Source: a virus. Taken from it: a DNA stretch of 64,000 nt. How positions within the stretch are numbered: position 1 is the first letter of the stretch; each line of letters starts with the position of its first letter. The notes under the pieces are model-generated. The model searched no databases, had not been told where the DNA came from, and saw only the letters and a program-made list of their open reading frames with translations. The DNA is taken from positions 1 to 64,000 of the IMG/VR virus record IMGVR_UViG_3300036770_004428; one strand, 5' to 3'. This document shows, piece by piece, positions 55,536-64,000 of this stretch. Position numbers and translations under genes: made by a program.

Positions 55536-58294
55536 CGCCCACCTTTTTTATCCATATCGGTGTGTTCTGCGATAAGACGTTTTAATTCTCTTAGGAATAT
55601 CGGGTCTGTTAATAAATCAGAATTAGCTTTTGCTCCGTTTTGACCGTTAAGGTCTATTTCACCTTGAACATTGATTTCACCAAACTCTATTTTAATATTG
55701 TTACCTGCCATAGCCAACCACCCTGAAAGTGATTTTAGGGCTTCTATGTTTTCTACATTGACCGAGTTGACTGCGTTTACTGCTGTAGCTATACCGTCTG
55801 CATCTACACCAGAAAATGCCTCACTAATAGTGTTACCTACGTCAGCTAAAGCAATTAAACCTAAGAAACCACCTAGTAACATTGATGCCCCCAAAGCTAC
55901 TAAAGCTACAGATAACGCCATAACACCCATACTAACACCGATTAATGCTGGACCTAACATCATAATTGCACCAATGTTTTCCATATTGACTACACTAAAT
56001 AAGTTAGTAAATGAGTCAACAATTAAAGCAATTCCTGCGGATATAAAATAAACTGCTGCTCCTAACATCATCATTGCGGCACCCAAAGCTAATAATACAC
56101 CTGCACCTATATATCCTAATGGAGCTGTAGCACCTAGTAACTCAACAGCTATAACTAACGCGGTTAAACCTACCGCCATACCGACAAGACCCATTGGTCC
56201 TGCTTCTGAGAATAACATAGCGGCAGCACCTAACATAACCATTGCTCCACCTAAAGCTAACATAGCTGCGATACCTGGCCACGCGGTAGAACCAAATGAA
56301 CTTAATACAGGTTGTAGGAAATAAAGACCAACACCTAGACCAGCTAATGTTACACCAGCCTTAGCTAAAGACTCCCATTCTACATCATTGAATTTTAATA
56401 ATGCGTCAGCTAAAAGCCATAAAGCCCCCGCTATTGCTAATATTTGTGCTGCGTTACCTAATGACTTCATCATGGAACCCATACCTGCTGCTTTAGAGGC
56501 TTGTCCTTGCATTGCTGTTTGAGCTCCTGTCATACCACCACCAGCACCTCCCGCACCACCAGCACCTCCGGCACCACCCATTCCACCTACTCCAGCAGTC
56601 ATTCTAAAACCTTTACCAAACATCATACCCGCAACAACTTGTTGACCAATCCAATAAGCCGCAAAAGCTATTGCAGCGACCAGTAAAGCTTCTTTCCAAT
56701 ATGTTGCAATCCATTTAAGTTTTTCCCATAATCCTTTAAAAAACTCTTTTAATTGAGGCCAACTTTCTCTTAATGATTTAGCAAAACTTATCAAACCTTC
56801 TTTCATACCATCAAGTACACCACTACTTAATAATCCGTCTACTAGTGGTTGTAAGAATTCTATCGCTATCAACATTATACCGTTTTGGATAGATTGCCAT
56901 TGTCCAGCTAAAGATTTAGCTTGTTGAGCTCTTTCTTCGTCATCTTTAGCTCTTTTTATTATTTGGTCTCTTTCTTCTTTACTTAAATCCTCTAATTTTT
57001 TAGTAACTAATTTACCATCTTTAGAGAAAGTTACTTCCGCCCCATTTTTAGTCATTTGGGACATACCTAATATTAAGTTCTTATCTTCCTCACTCATACC
57101 ACTAGGTAAGAACTTTTCCATATATTCAATTTTAGCGGCCTGTTTAGCTGTTTGGACCAACTCTTGGTAATCCATACCTAAAGCATCAGCAGATTCACGT
57201 AATCTATCTAATTCGTGAGCTGACATCTCAAACTCACCTGTTTTTTTATTAAACACAGCACTTTCTCTAGCCGCTTTAGTTAATGATTTGGCCAATTCTT
57301 CAGGAGCATTTCTAGCTTGGTACATTAATTGAAATGGGTCACCTAATTGGGCCATAGCTCCACCCATTGTTTGTAATCTAGCTGCCGCTTCAATAGCTCC
57401 TTCAGGTCTAAATACTTTATCAGCTACACCAGCAACAGATTCCATACTTAATTTAAATTTCTCAGAGTGTGCTGACATTTTAGCTAAAGCCGTCATACCA
57501 CCCCTGAAATTAAATCTATTAAGCATTCCTAGATTTTGTTGGAATTTTTTAATTACTTTACCAGCATTAACACCCATTTGTTCTGACATAGATTGTATAT
57601 CAGCTATCATTTGGGTGGCTTGACCGGCACCTAAACCAAAGGACTCCATTTGTCCTGCCATTTGAGCGACTTCCTCAGCAGCCATACCTGTTTGTAAAGC
57701 AACTCTACCGATTAAATCTAATTGTTGTGCGTTTAATTGTACTGCTCTACCTGTTTCTTCATTATAAGATGCGACAGCTTTTATTGCGTAATCTAATGGT
57801 TGATTCCATCTTATAGCGGATTGTCTGGCCTCTTCAGTGGCTAATTTCATTGTTTGGAATGCATTACCTGACATCCCTATGTTAGCAGCGGTTTTTCTAG
57901 TAAGGTCGTCTAACTCCATTACTTTATTTATAACCTCACTTAATGAAGGTAATATACTTTTAAATGCTGCTAAAGCTGAATTACCTGTGGCTTTTAAAAG
58001 TGTTTTAGCACTAGAAAGTTCTTTATTAATTGCCTTTAATTGGATCTCTTGTTTTTTTAAAGAAGCAACTTCTTTATCAATCTCTTGTCTTCTTTCTGCT
58101 GTGGCATTTGCCGCTTCTTCCTCTAAGGCAGCAATATCTGCACTAAGAACTTTTAGTAGTTTAGCGTTTTTAGTTAATTGTTTTTGTGCTTCACGCCAAT
58201 TGGATAAACTTTTGGACTGTCTCTCTAACGACTCTTCTATCTCTAGTTGTATCCTTAGTCTTTCTGCTTCTTCTTTTTTATTATTTAAAGCCAT
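55532..58294 (-). CDS. tail tape measure protein
   Basis: 920-aa Ala/Gly/Met-rich helical protein with an N-terminal coiled coil and hydrophobic C-terminal half; downstream of tube and chaperone genes. Confidence 0.85.
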   Translation of the reverse strand: MALNNKKEEAERLRIQLEIEESLERQSKSLSNWREAQKQLTKNAKLLKVLSADIAALEEEAANATAERRQEIDKEVASLKKQEIQLKAINKELSSAKTLLKATGNSALAAFKSILPSLSEVINKVMELDDLTRKTAANIGMSGNAFQTMKLATEEARQSAIRWNQPLDYAIKAVASYNEETGRAVQLNAQQLDLIGRVALQTGMAAEEVAQMAGQMESFGLGAGQATQMIADIQSMSEQMGVNAGKVIKKFQQNLGMLNRFNFRGGMTALAKMSAHSEKFKLSMESVAGVADKVFRPEGAIEAAARLQTMGGAMAQLGDPFQLMYQARNAPEELAKSLTKAARESAVFNKKTGEFEMSAHELDRLRESADALGMDYQELVQTAKQAAKIEYMEKFLPSGMSEEDKNLILGMSQMTKNGAEVTFSKDGKLVTKKLEDLSKEERDQIIKRAKDDEERAQQAKSLAGQWQSIQNGIMLIAIEFLQPLVDGLLSSGVLDGMKEGLISFAKSLRESWPQLKEFFKGLWEKLKWIATYWKEALLVAAIAFAAYWIGQQVVAGMMFGKGFRMTAGVGGMGGAGGAGGAGGAGGGMTGAQTAMQGQASKAAGMGSMMKSLGNAAQILAIAGALWLLADALLKFNDVEWESLAKAGVTLAGLGVGLYFLQPVLSSFGSTAWPGIAAMLALGGAMVMLGAAAMLFSEAGPMGLVGMAVGLTALVIAVELLGATAPLGYIGAGVLLALGAAMMMLGAAVYFISAGIALIVDSFTNLFSVVNMENIGAIMMLGPALIGVSMGVMALSVALVALGASMLLGGFLGLIALADVGNTISEAFSGVDADGIATAVNAVNSVNVENIEALKSLSGWLAMAGNNIKIEFGEINVQGEIDLNGQNGAKANSDLLTDPIFLRELKRLIAEHTDMDKKGGR

Positions 58295-58301
58295 TAATTA
58301 A

Positions 58302-60023
58302 TTAACTTGGTAACAATGTTATTGTAGCTTCACCTTCTTCTTTGAATTCCTCTCTACCAGCTGCTTTTGGTCCTATTTTAACCTTATAATTTTTTAATTT
58401 TTTACCTATAAATAAATTAGATATATTATCAGTACTAATTAATACCGCGTCAGTACCTAATTTTTGTTTTATACCTGGATAATATAATATAAGTGTATCT
58501 TTTTTAGATATAGATTTTTTAACTAATACCCTATTAGATTTAAATTCATTATTTAAAAATGTTTCAATATTATCTGAAGTCCATGAACTAGCACCAGTAC
58601 CCTTAATATTTGAAATCTTAGAATTACTAGTAGCTAGGGATTCCCCTTTAGGTACATTAGTTTTTTTACCACTACCACTCACTTCATCATCGTCATCATC
58701 TCTTTCATAAGCAAAATTAGGGACAGATAATATTTTTAATTTTCTGTCATAAACATCAGACTCTTCTTCTGCCTCAAAAACCATTTCTTGAATAATACTA
58801 AATAATGATGTAGTACTTTCGTTTTTAGATTTATTGGAAAATTCTATTCTTGTTTTAGCTAGGGCACTTGAAAAATTAACGATTGTACCAACTAATTTTT
58901 TATACAATTGTTCTCTTTTTTTCTCATCACTATAGTTAGCCTGACCTTCTTTTACAATTAAAAATAATAATTTAAAGAATTTTTTAATTTCTGTGTAAGT
59001 AGGTGTGTTTTTACAACACTTATTTAATTTAACAAAAGTTGTAAAAACATTACTAAAAAAAGAAGACATTTGATTTTCCCAACCAACAGGTAATTGATCT
59101 TTTTTATTTATTTCTCTACTTCTAGTAGGGGCCTCTAATAAACCATTTTCTTTTAACTTTTTTAAAGTAACAGAAATAGGTTCACCGTTTATTTTAATAT
59201 TTGTTATTTTAGACCTAATTAAATTTAACAATAAAGCATCTCTGAAATTTTTGTTATCAGAATAATTTGTTAATTTTAATTGTTTAATTGTATTAGCTGA
59301 TTTTTGTAAATTATTTATTTTTTCATTTAAATCTTTTAAATCGTCTTTACCTAATTTAACATATTGTGTACTATCTTTACCACCTTCTTTATTATCGGTA
59401 TTTGTTTCAGTTTTATCATCACCAACATTTGTGTTAGTGCTATTATCATTATTAATTTCTTCTTGATCACTATTTTCTTCAGAATCAGTCGGTATATCAC
59501 CTATTGAGGCTTCAGCTTCAGTGATTTTAACATCATAAATTTTACCCTTTAATAACATGGGTAAATTTATTTTAGTACTTAATAGATTTTTTTGTAATGT
59601 TTTAGGTGAAAATAAAATTTTATATTTTTTTTCTTCTTTCTTATAGGATTCATCTTCAGAATCAACGTCTTCAGTTACAGTAAAATAAATAATAAAATTT
59701 TCTGCTGTACTATCTTGGTCAACCTCTGCTTTACCTTTAATATTTTGATTATTACCATCAAAATAATTATCGATTGGTTTATCTAATGAAAAAGAAAAGG
59801 GGAATTTTTTTAAAGCTTTATAATAATCTATTGTATCTTGATCATCTAATGATGCCGCATTAATACCCATTGACCTTAAATTATCTTTAATTCTATCTAT
59901 AGTAACATCGGCTCTAGCCGCATGATGTGCCGCTTGGTCACCACTTACGGGTTGGGTTTTTAGTCTATCTATATCCTTTGCTTTACCAAAAGGGGAGTCA
60001 GGTATGATATCTCTTACAGGCAT
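58302..60023 (-). CDS. hypothetical virion/ejection protein, paralog of 62920-63999
   Basis: Shares NGLLEAPxRSRxINKKxQLPxGWENQM domain with ORF 62920; has its own late motif. Confidence 0.55.
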   Translation of the reverse strand: MPVRDIIPDSPFGKAKDIDRLKTQPVSGDQAAHHAARADVTIDRIKDNLRSMGINAASLDDQDTIDYYKALKKFPFSFSLDKPIDNYFDGNNQNIKGKAEVDQDSTAENFIIYFTVTEDVDSEDESYKKEEKKYKILFSPKTLQKNLLSTKINLPMLLKGKIYDVKITEAEASIGDIPTDSEENSDQEEINNDNSTNTNVGDDKTETNTDNKEGGKDSTQYVKLGKDDLKDLNEKINNLQKSANTIKQLKLTNYSDNKNFRDALLLNLIRSKITNIKINGEPISVTLKKLKENGLLEAPTRSREINKKDQLPVGWENQMSSFFSNVFTTFVKLNKCCKNTPTYTEIKKFFKLLFLIVKEGQANYSDEKKREQLYKKLVGTIVNFSSALAKTRIEFSNKSKNESTTSLFSIIQEMVFEAEEESDVYDRKLKILSVPNFAYERDDDDDEVSGSGKKTNVPKGESLATSNSKISNIKGTGASSWTSDNIETFLNNEFKSNRVLVKKSISKKDTLILYYPGIKQKLGTDAVLISTDNISNLFIGKKLKNYKVKIGPKAAGREEFKEEGEATITLLPS

Positions 60024-60036
60024 ATTTATTTTTATA

Positions 60037-60045
60037 TATAAATAT
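60037..60045 (-). promoter_or_regulatory. putative late promoter motif ATATTTATA
   Basis: About 14 nt upstream of ATG 60023. Confidence 0.55.
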
Positions 60046-60058
60046 TCAGAAAATCATT

Positions 60059-60254
60059 TTAACGCTTCTTAGATTTAGCTCTTTCATATTCACGTTTTTG
60101 ATCTTCCATTTCTTTTTGGAAATAATTTAAATAAATACGTCTTTCGTATATAGGCATTGACATAACACTCTCATATGAGAATCTCATGTGTTTAACCATG
60201 TAATAAATTTCCTGTGTTAGGTTTAATTTATACTCGGGCGTTAGGCCAAAAAAA
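60059..60254 (-). CDS. frameshift-accessed C-terminal extension of the tail assembly chaperone
   Basis: FFGLTPEYK..EIYYMVKHMRFSYESVMSMPIYERRIY in the +1 frame, overlapping the end of 60228-61001 at a T7 run. Confidence 0.7.
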
Positions 60255-61001
60255 GTTGATTCCAAGTGGAATTTGGCTGCGAAAGGGTTCTCCAGACGGG
60301 GCCTCCACATCCACCGACATATCTATTCCTGGTTCAATTTCATCAATATATTGTCTAAATTGTAACGAATCGTAAGCAGGTATTACCTGAATATATTTTG
60401 AAATGTAATTAGGGTCCCTATTACCATTAACTTCTACTATTTGTTTTTCTAATCTAGAAGTTAAAAGGTTTGTAATAGGTGATTTTGTTAATTTTGCTCT
60501 TTTTTCACTTTTAGCAATAATATCCCTCTCATCACCAACAGTTAACATTTTAAATTTAATCTTAGCTTTTGATTTAGGTAAGGTATATGAAAATTCGTTA
60601 TTTTCATCGGGTTGAGCACCGATAGGTCTAGTTTTTAGTTCATTTAAATCTAATTCATATTCGAATTCATCTGCCGTAACAGGGTCAGTAAGTTTAACAG
60701 GATAAATCTCACCATAACCTGTTGCTCTTAACCAAATCATGATAGCGTTTCTGTCTCCAACCAACATTTGGTCAACTGGTACTGGTGATTCTTTGACTTT
60801 TCTTTCAATTAAAACATCTAAAACTCTACCACTTTTAATTAAGTTTGGTGAAGTTAGAATGTTTTCATCAGCAGCAGTCATATACTCAACCTTAATAGAA
60901 TCTTTTTGTCCGGGGTAAAGTAACCCTTTAGAAGGTAGAGGAAGTACATCAAAGGGTACCTCAAAATGAAATTCATTGTTTTTTTGTGTTGTGTTTGACA
61001 T
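60228..61001 (-). CDS. T4 gp26-like baseplate hub assembly / tail assembly chaperone
   Basis: LPSKGLLY, MTAADENIL, LVGDRNAIMIWLR..GYG, LPKSK, C-terminal GINFFWP. Confidence 0.8.
   Translation of the reverse strand: MSNTTQKNNEFHFEVPFDVLPLPSKGLLYPGQKDSIKVEYMTAADENILTSPNLIKSGRVLDVLIERKVKESPVPVDQMLVGDRNAIMIWLRATGYGEIYPVKLTDPVTADEFEYELDLNELKTRPIGAQPDENNEFSYTLPKSKAKIKFKMLTVGDERDIIAKSEKRAKLTKSPITNLLTSRLEKQIVEVNGNRDPNYISKYIQVIPAYDSLQFRQYIDEIEPGIDMSVDVEAPSGEPFRSQIPLGINFFWPNARV
60248..60254 (-). other. candidate programmed frameshift site (AAC TTT TTT TGG)
   Basis: Run of seven T on the coding strand where both frames read Phe-Phe. Confidence 0.65.
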
Positions 61002-61128
61002 CTTAAAAACTTTTTTATAATTTTATATATTATTTTTTTAAATCAATCTAAAGCAGTATAGTAATAAAGTAAAGATTATTTGTTACAGCATATAAATACA
61101 TTAATTTTATTTTTTTTTCATATTTTAT

Positions 61129-61159
61129 TTTGCCGTTGAATTAATAGTTACTATATTTG
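61129..61159 (+). promoter_or_regulatory. Bacteroidota primary-sigma promoter TTTG-N19-TATATTTG
   Basis: -33 TTTG at 61129-61132, -7 TAnnTTTG at 61152-61159, 20 nt before the peptidase ATG. Confidence 0.7.
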
Positions 61160-61179
61160 TATTATAAATAAAAAAATAG

Positions 61180-62220
61180 ATGGAAAACACTAAATTACAA
61201 AGATTAAAAGAAGTCCTTTCAATACCAACACACTCTAGACAAGAAGACCTTATGATTTCTTATTTGGAGACAGTACTCTCTGAAAAAGGTTTTGATTATA
61301 GAAAAGACCATATGGGAAACATATATGTAACAAAAGGTAAAGCTGAATACTACCCATGTTTTGTTGCACACACTGATACCGTTCACGATATTAACCACAA
61401 TCTTATGGTTGTACAACTTGAAGAAAATGGTAAAACAATTTTAACAGGTATCGATAAAAAAACCATGAAACCTTCAGGTATTGGTGGTGATGATAAATGT
61501 GGTGTATTTCTTTGTTTGGAAATGTTGGACAAACTTGATAATGTAAAAGTTGCTCTTTTTGTTTCTGAAGAAATAGGTTGCGTTGGTTCAAGAGAAGCTG
61601 ACCCTGAGTTCTTCAAGAATGTGGGGTATGCTATTCAATACGATTCTCCTAAAGGTGATTCTATGAGTATGTCTTTAATGGGTAAAGAATTGTTTGGTAA
61701 AACAACTGAGTTTGGTGAGAAAGTTAGTCCTTTAATTTTAGAACATGGTATCACTGATTGGGCTAGACACCCTTACACTGATATTTGGCCATTGATGGAA
61801 AAATTTGGTTTCTCTTGTTTAAATTTGGCGGCGGGTTATCACAGATATCACACAGATAATGAATATGTTGTTGTAGACGAAGTTGAGAACGCTTTTGAAT
61901 TGGGTTTAAGATTACACCAAATCTTGGGTGAGAATTTCTATGAAAGACCAGCAGAAAAAGAAAAAAGTTATTATTCTAGTTATTTTAGTAATGCTTATTC
62001 TAGTAAAAAGGTCTTAAATGAAAAAAGTGAAGATGATAACAAAACCAATCTTTATTATAACCAAGACGAAGATGATGATTATAATGATGACGATTTTGAT
62101 TATCACTACAAAGACGATGAAGATTTTTCAGACCTTTGGGATTATGATGATTTTAATGGGGGTTATCAAATAGTTAATTACGGAAGTTCTAATGATTACG
62201 ACCACAGATTTGATTGGTAA
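61180..62220 (+). CDS. M20/M28-clan zinc peptidase with Asp/Tyr-rich tail
   Basis: AHTDTV, GGDDKCG, SEEIG, YD and YHRYH metal-ligand motifs. Confidence 0.85.
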   Translation: MENTKLQRLKEVLSIPTHSRQEDLMISYLETVLSEKGFDYRKDHMGNIYVTKGKAEYYPCFVAHTDTVHDINHNLMVVQLEENGKTILTGIDKKTMKPSGIGGDDKCGVFLCLEMLDKLDNVKVALFVSEEIGCVGSREADPEFFKNVGYAIQYDSPKGDSMSMSLMGKELFGKTTEFGEKVSPLILEHGITDWARHPYTDIWPLMEKFGFSCLNLAAGYHRYHTDNEYVVVDEVENAFELGLRLHQILGENFYERPAEKEKSYYSSYFSNAYSSKKVLNEKSEDDNKTNLYYNQDEDDDYNDDDFDYHYKDDEDFSDLWDYDDFNGGYQIVNYGSSNDYDHRFDW

Positions 62221-62231
62221 TTAAACCAAAT

Positions 62232-62260
62232 AAAAAAGGACCTTTAAGGTCCTTTTTTTT
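62232..62260. terminator. bidirectional intrinsic terminator between convergent genes
   Basis: AAAAAAGGACC-TTTAA-GGTCCTTTTTT. Confidence 0.85.
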
Positions 62261-62372
62261 ATTTATTCTCGTACTTTTTAAGTAACACCATATTATTTTC
62301 GATTCTAGCTAATTTTTTAGCTAAATTTCTTCGGTTTCTTTTAGGTTTACCTTCTTTTTTTGCCTTAGCCAT
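62259..62372 (-). CDS. 37-aa basic peptide (not in ORF track)
   Basis: MAKAKKEGKPKRNRRNLAKKLARIENNMVLLKKYENK*; ATG overlaps the tail-tube stop (TAATG). Confidence 0.6.
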   Translation of the reverse strand: MAKAKKEGKPKRNRRNLAKKLARIENNMVLLKKYENK

Positions 62373-62860
62373 TAGAACACAGAAATAGCTCTATCAAATC
62401 TTAATGTAACTGAAATATCAGCGATATCAGAAGAAGAGTAGTCTAGGTCACCAAAGTTAGCTGAAGTAATCATAGTACCCTGTAGAATCCATTTCTCAAT
62501 AACAACTCCTGTTGGGTCTAACAATTCTAATTCAACGTCTTTTTTATAACCCGCTGCGTAACCTTGTCTACCTGTTACAGATTCAGAGTGTAAACGAATC
62601 CACTCCATAAGAGCCTGTGTTGCTGAAGGACCGATTGGGTCACGGAAAGTAACGTCAATGGTTTCCCAAGTAAAACGACCAATTACGAATGTAGAAGTAT
62701 TTAAAAATTGAATTTCAGTTTCTTCTGCTGTATAAGTTGGTCTTGCTCCTGTTGATACGAACCATTCTTGGATACCAAGTGGTGTAGGGAATCTAAAAAT
62801 AAACCTATTCTTTTTCTTTGGTTCGTAAGGAACAGGCATTCTCATTAACAAATCTGCCAT
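62372..62860 (-). CDS. tail tube protein (T4 gp19-like)
   Basis: EPKKKNRF, WETIDVTFRD, EWIRLH, YKKDVEL.LLDP.G..IEKW.L.G..I....FGDLDY, VTLRFDR. Confidence 0.9.
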   Translation of the reverse strand: MADLLMRMPVPYEPKKKNRFIFRFPTPLGIQEWFVSTGARPTYTAEETEIQFLNTSTFVIGRFTWETIDVTFRDPIGPSATQALMEWIRLHSESVTGRQGYAAGYKKDVELELLDPTGVVIEKWILQGTMITSANFGDLDYSSSDIADISVTLRFDRAISVF

Positions 62861-62896
62861 AATTTATTGTTTTTGTTTTTTTTTATTATCTTTAAT

Positions 62897-62905
62897 TATA
62901 AATAT
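62897..62905 (-). promoter_or_regulatory. putative late promoter motif ATATTTATA
   Basis: Upstream of the tail tube gene. Confidence 0.6.
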
Positions 62906-62919
62906 GCTATAATTTTATT

Positions 62920-63999
62920 TTATTTCATTAATTGATTAATTCTTTTTAATTCCTCAATTAAGACATTGTCACCTGGATTATAATGTGCTAATTCTGGTTT
63001 AACATTATTATCTATATTTTTAGTCATTCTTTGTTTACCTTTTTCTTTAGCTGCCCTTCTTTTTTCTATTTCTTCATCTGAAGGTTTACCTTCTTTACCT
63101 TTAACAAAATTTGGTGTTTTAGACATTGTTGAGAAAAAGTTTTGTAGAGAACCAATTAATTTTTTAAATAATTCTGATCTTTTTTTATCGTCACTATAAC
63201 TACCCTTACCTTCTCTACTTATAATATATAGTTGTTTGAATAACTTTTTTATTTGATTATAGGTAGGATTATTTTTACAAGATTTGTTTAGTAAAACAAA
63301 AAGTTTAAATAAATCACTAAAAAAAGCGGTCATTTGATTTTCCCAACCCGATGGTAATTGTTGTTTTTTGTTTATATCTCTACTTCTAAGCGGTGCTTCC
63401 AATAGACCATTATCATAAAGTTGTCTTAAAGTTTCTGATATTGGTTTCCCGTTTATTTTTATAGAAGTTACTTTTGAATTTAAAAAGTTATCTAATAATG
63501 TTTTTTGGAACATTGTGTTACTAGAATAATCCATTAACTTCATTTTTCTTAATACCGAAGCTCTAGACTTAACCCCAGAAAGTAATTGATTTAAATCGTC
63601 TACATTTTTACTACAAAGATTATTGTTTTCCTTTTTAACAGGTTCACCATCTTTATTAGATTCAACGTTATCATCATCATCTAAATTATAGATTACTGGT
63701 ATATTTTCTTCGGTTGGTTTTATATTTTTAAGTGATTGTAATAAATCATCTAAAGTTTTTGCTCTAGACTGTCTTTGGCCTTTTTCTCTTAAAACTTTAA
63801 CAGTTATACCAGCCAAAACTAACCCAAGACCCAACGGGCCTAAAATATTACCTAAACCTTTTGCGGTGTAATAGGCTGCACCAGTTTTAACCGCGGTTCT
63901 AGTAACAAATTTAGTTACCAAAACAGGTACTTGTTTAACTATTATTGATTTTAAGAATGTACCTGATTTAGTACCATATAGTGTTGTATCTAAACCACT
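62920..63999 (-). CDS. hypothetical virion/ejection protein, 5'-truncated by the window edge
   Basis: Frame is open upstream of the TTG at 63921 to the edge; hydrophobic GLGNILGPLGLGLVLAGITV; domain shared with 58302-60023; C-terminal LIEELKRINQLMK. Confidence 0.6.
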   Translation of the reverse strand, partial: SGLDTTLYGTKSGTFLKSIIVKQVPVLVTKFVTRTAVKTGAAYYTAKGLGNILGPLGLGLVLAGITVKVLREKGQRQSRAKTLDDLLQSLKNIKPTEENIPVIYNLDDDDNVESNKDGEPVKKENNNLCSKNVDDLNQLLSGVKSRASVLRKMKLMDYSSNTMFQKTLLDNFLNSKVTSIKINGKPISETLRQLYDNGLLEAPLRSRDINKKQQLPSGWENQMTAFFSDLFKLFVLLNKSCKNNPTYNQIKKLFKQLYIISREGKGSYSDDKKRSELFKKLIGSLQNFFSTMSKTPNFVKGKEGKPSDEEIEKRRAAKEKGKQRMTKNIDNNVKPELAHYNPGDNVLIEELKRINQLMK

Positions 64000-64000
64000 A

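Noticed and set aside
689-58301. Numerous plus-strand ORFs in the track (e.g. 689-994, 5438-5719, 16958-17380, 29602-30084, 33798-34193, 55671-56051, 57837-58301)
   Set aside because: Antisense shadows lying within long, motif-bearing minus-strand genes, with no recognisable motifs
61219-61616. Minus-strand ORFs overlapping the peptidase
   Set aside because: Antisense shadows of the well-supported plus-strand peptidase
28764-62860. Bacterial contractile injection system (eCIS/T6SS/tailocin) rather than a phage
   Set aside because: Structural genes are interleaved with phage-type primase, gp41-like helicase, gp32-like SSB and RNR, and no host housekeeping genes are present
1-64000. Stop-codon reassignment, as in some large phages
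   Set aside because: Code 11 gives long, densely packed ORFs, and TGA (153) and TAG (3263, 35923) occur as plausible stops

Overview
AT-rich (roughly 30% GC by eye) 64-kb segment of a large contractile-tailed (myovirus-type, distantly T4-like) phage. It probably infects a Bacteroidota host, because both plus-strand genes carry TAnnTTTG promoters and Shine-Dalgarno motifs are scarce. Almost all genes are on the minus strand. In transcription order (right to left): tail tube, gp26-like tail assembly chaperone with a frameshift partner, tape measure, a large OmpA-like-domain tail/baseplate protein, a LysM/gp53-like protein, a 2623-aa hub carrying lysozyme and M15 peptidase domains; then a replication/recombination block (gp32-like SSB, RecA/UvsX, 5'-3' exonuclease, DnaB/gp41 helicase, class II RNR); then gp25- and gp6-like wedge genes, Cys-rich baseplate/fibre genes and a beta-helix tailspike; and finally RuvC-like resolvase, primase, PD-(D/E)XK exonuclease and a DUF4338-like protein. 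No CRISPR array, tRNA, integrase, transposase or reverse transcriptase was seen. Most notable observations: (i) apparent repeated fission of baseplate genes, with Cys-rich modules and a tailspike cassette placed at the breakpoints; (ii) a +1 (or -2) frameshift at a U7 run in the tail chaperone; (iii) three distinct promoter classes, including a late motif that is the reverse complement of the T4 late promoter; (iv) a divergent DUF4338-like / HNH-like gene pair; (v) a duplicated ~165-aa domain shared by two putative ejection proteins. All family calls come from motif recognition, not database searches.
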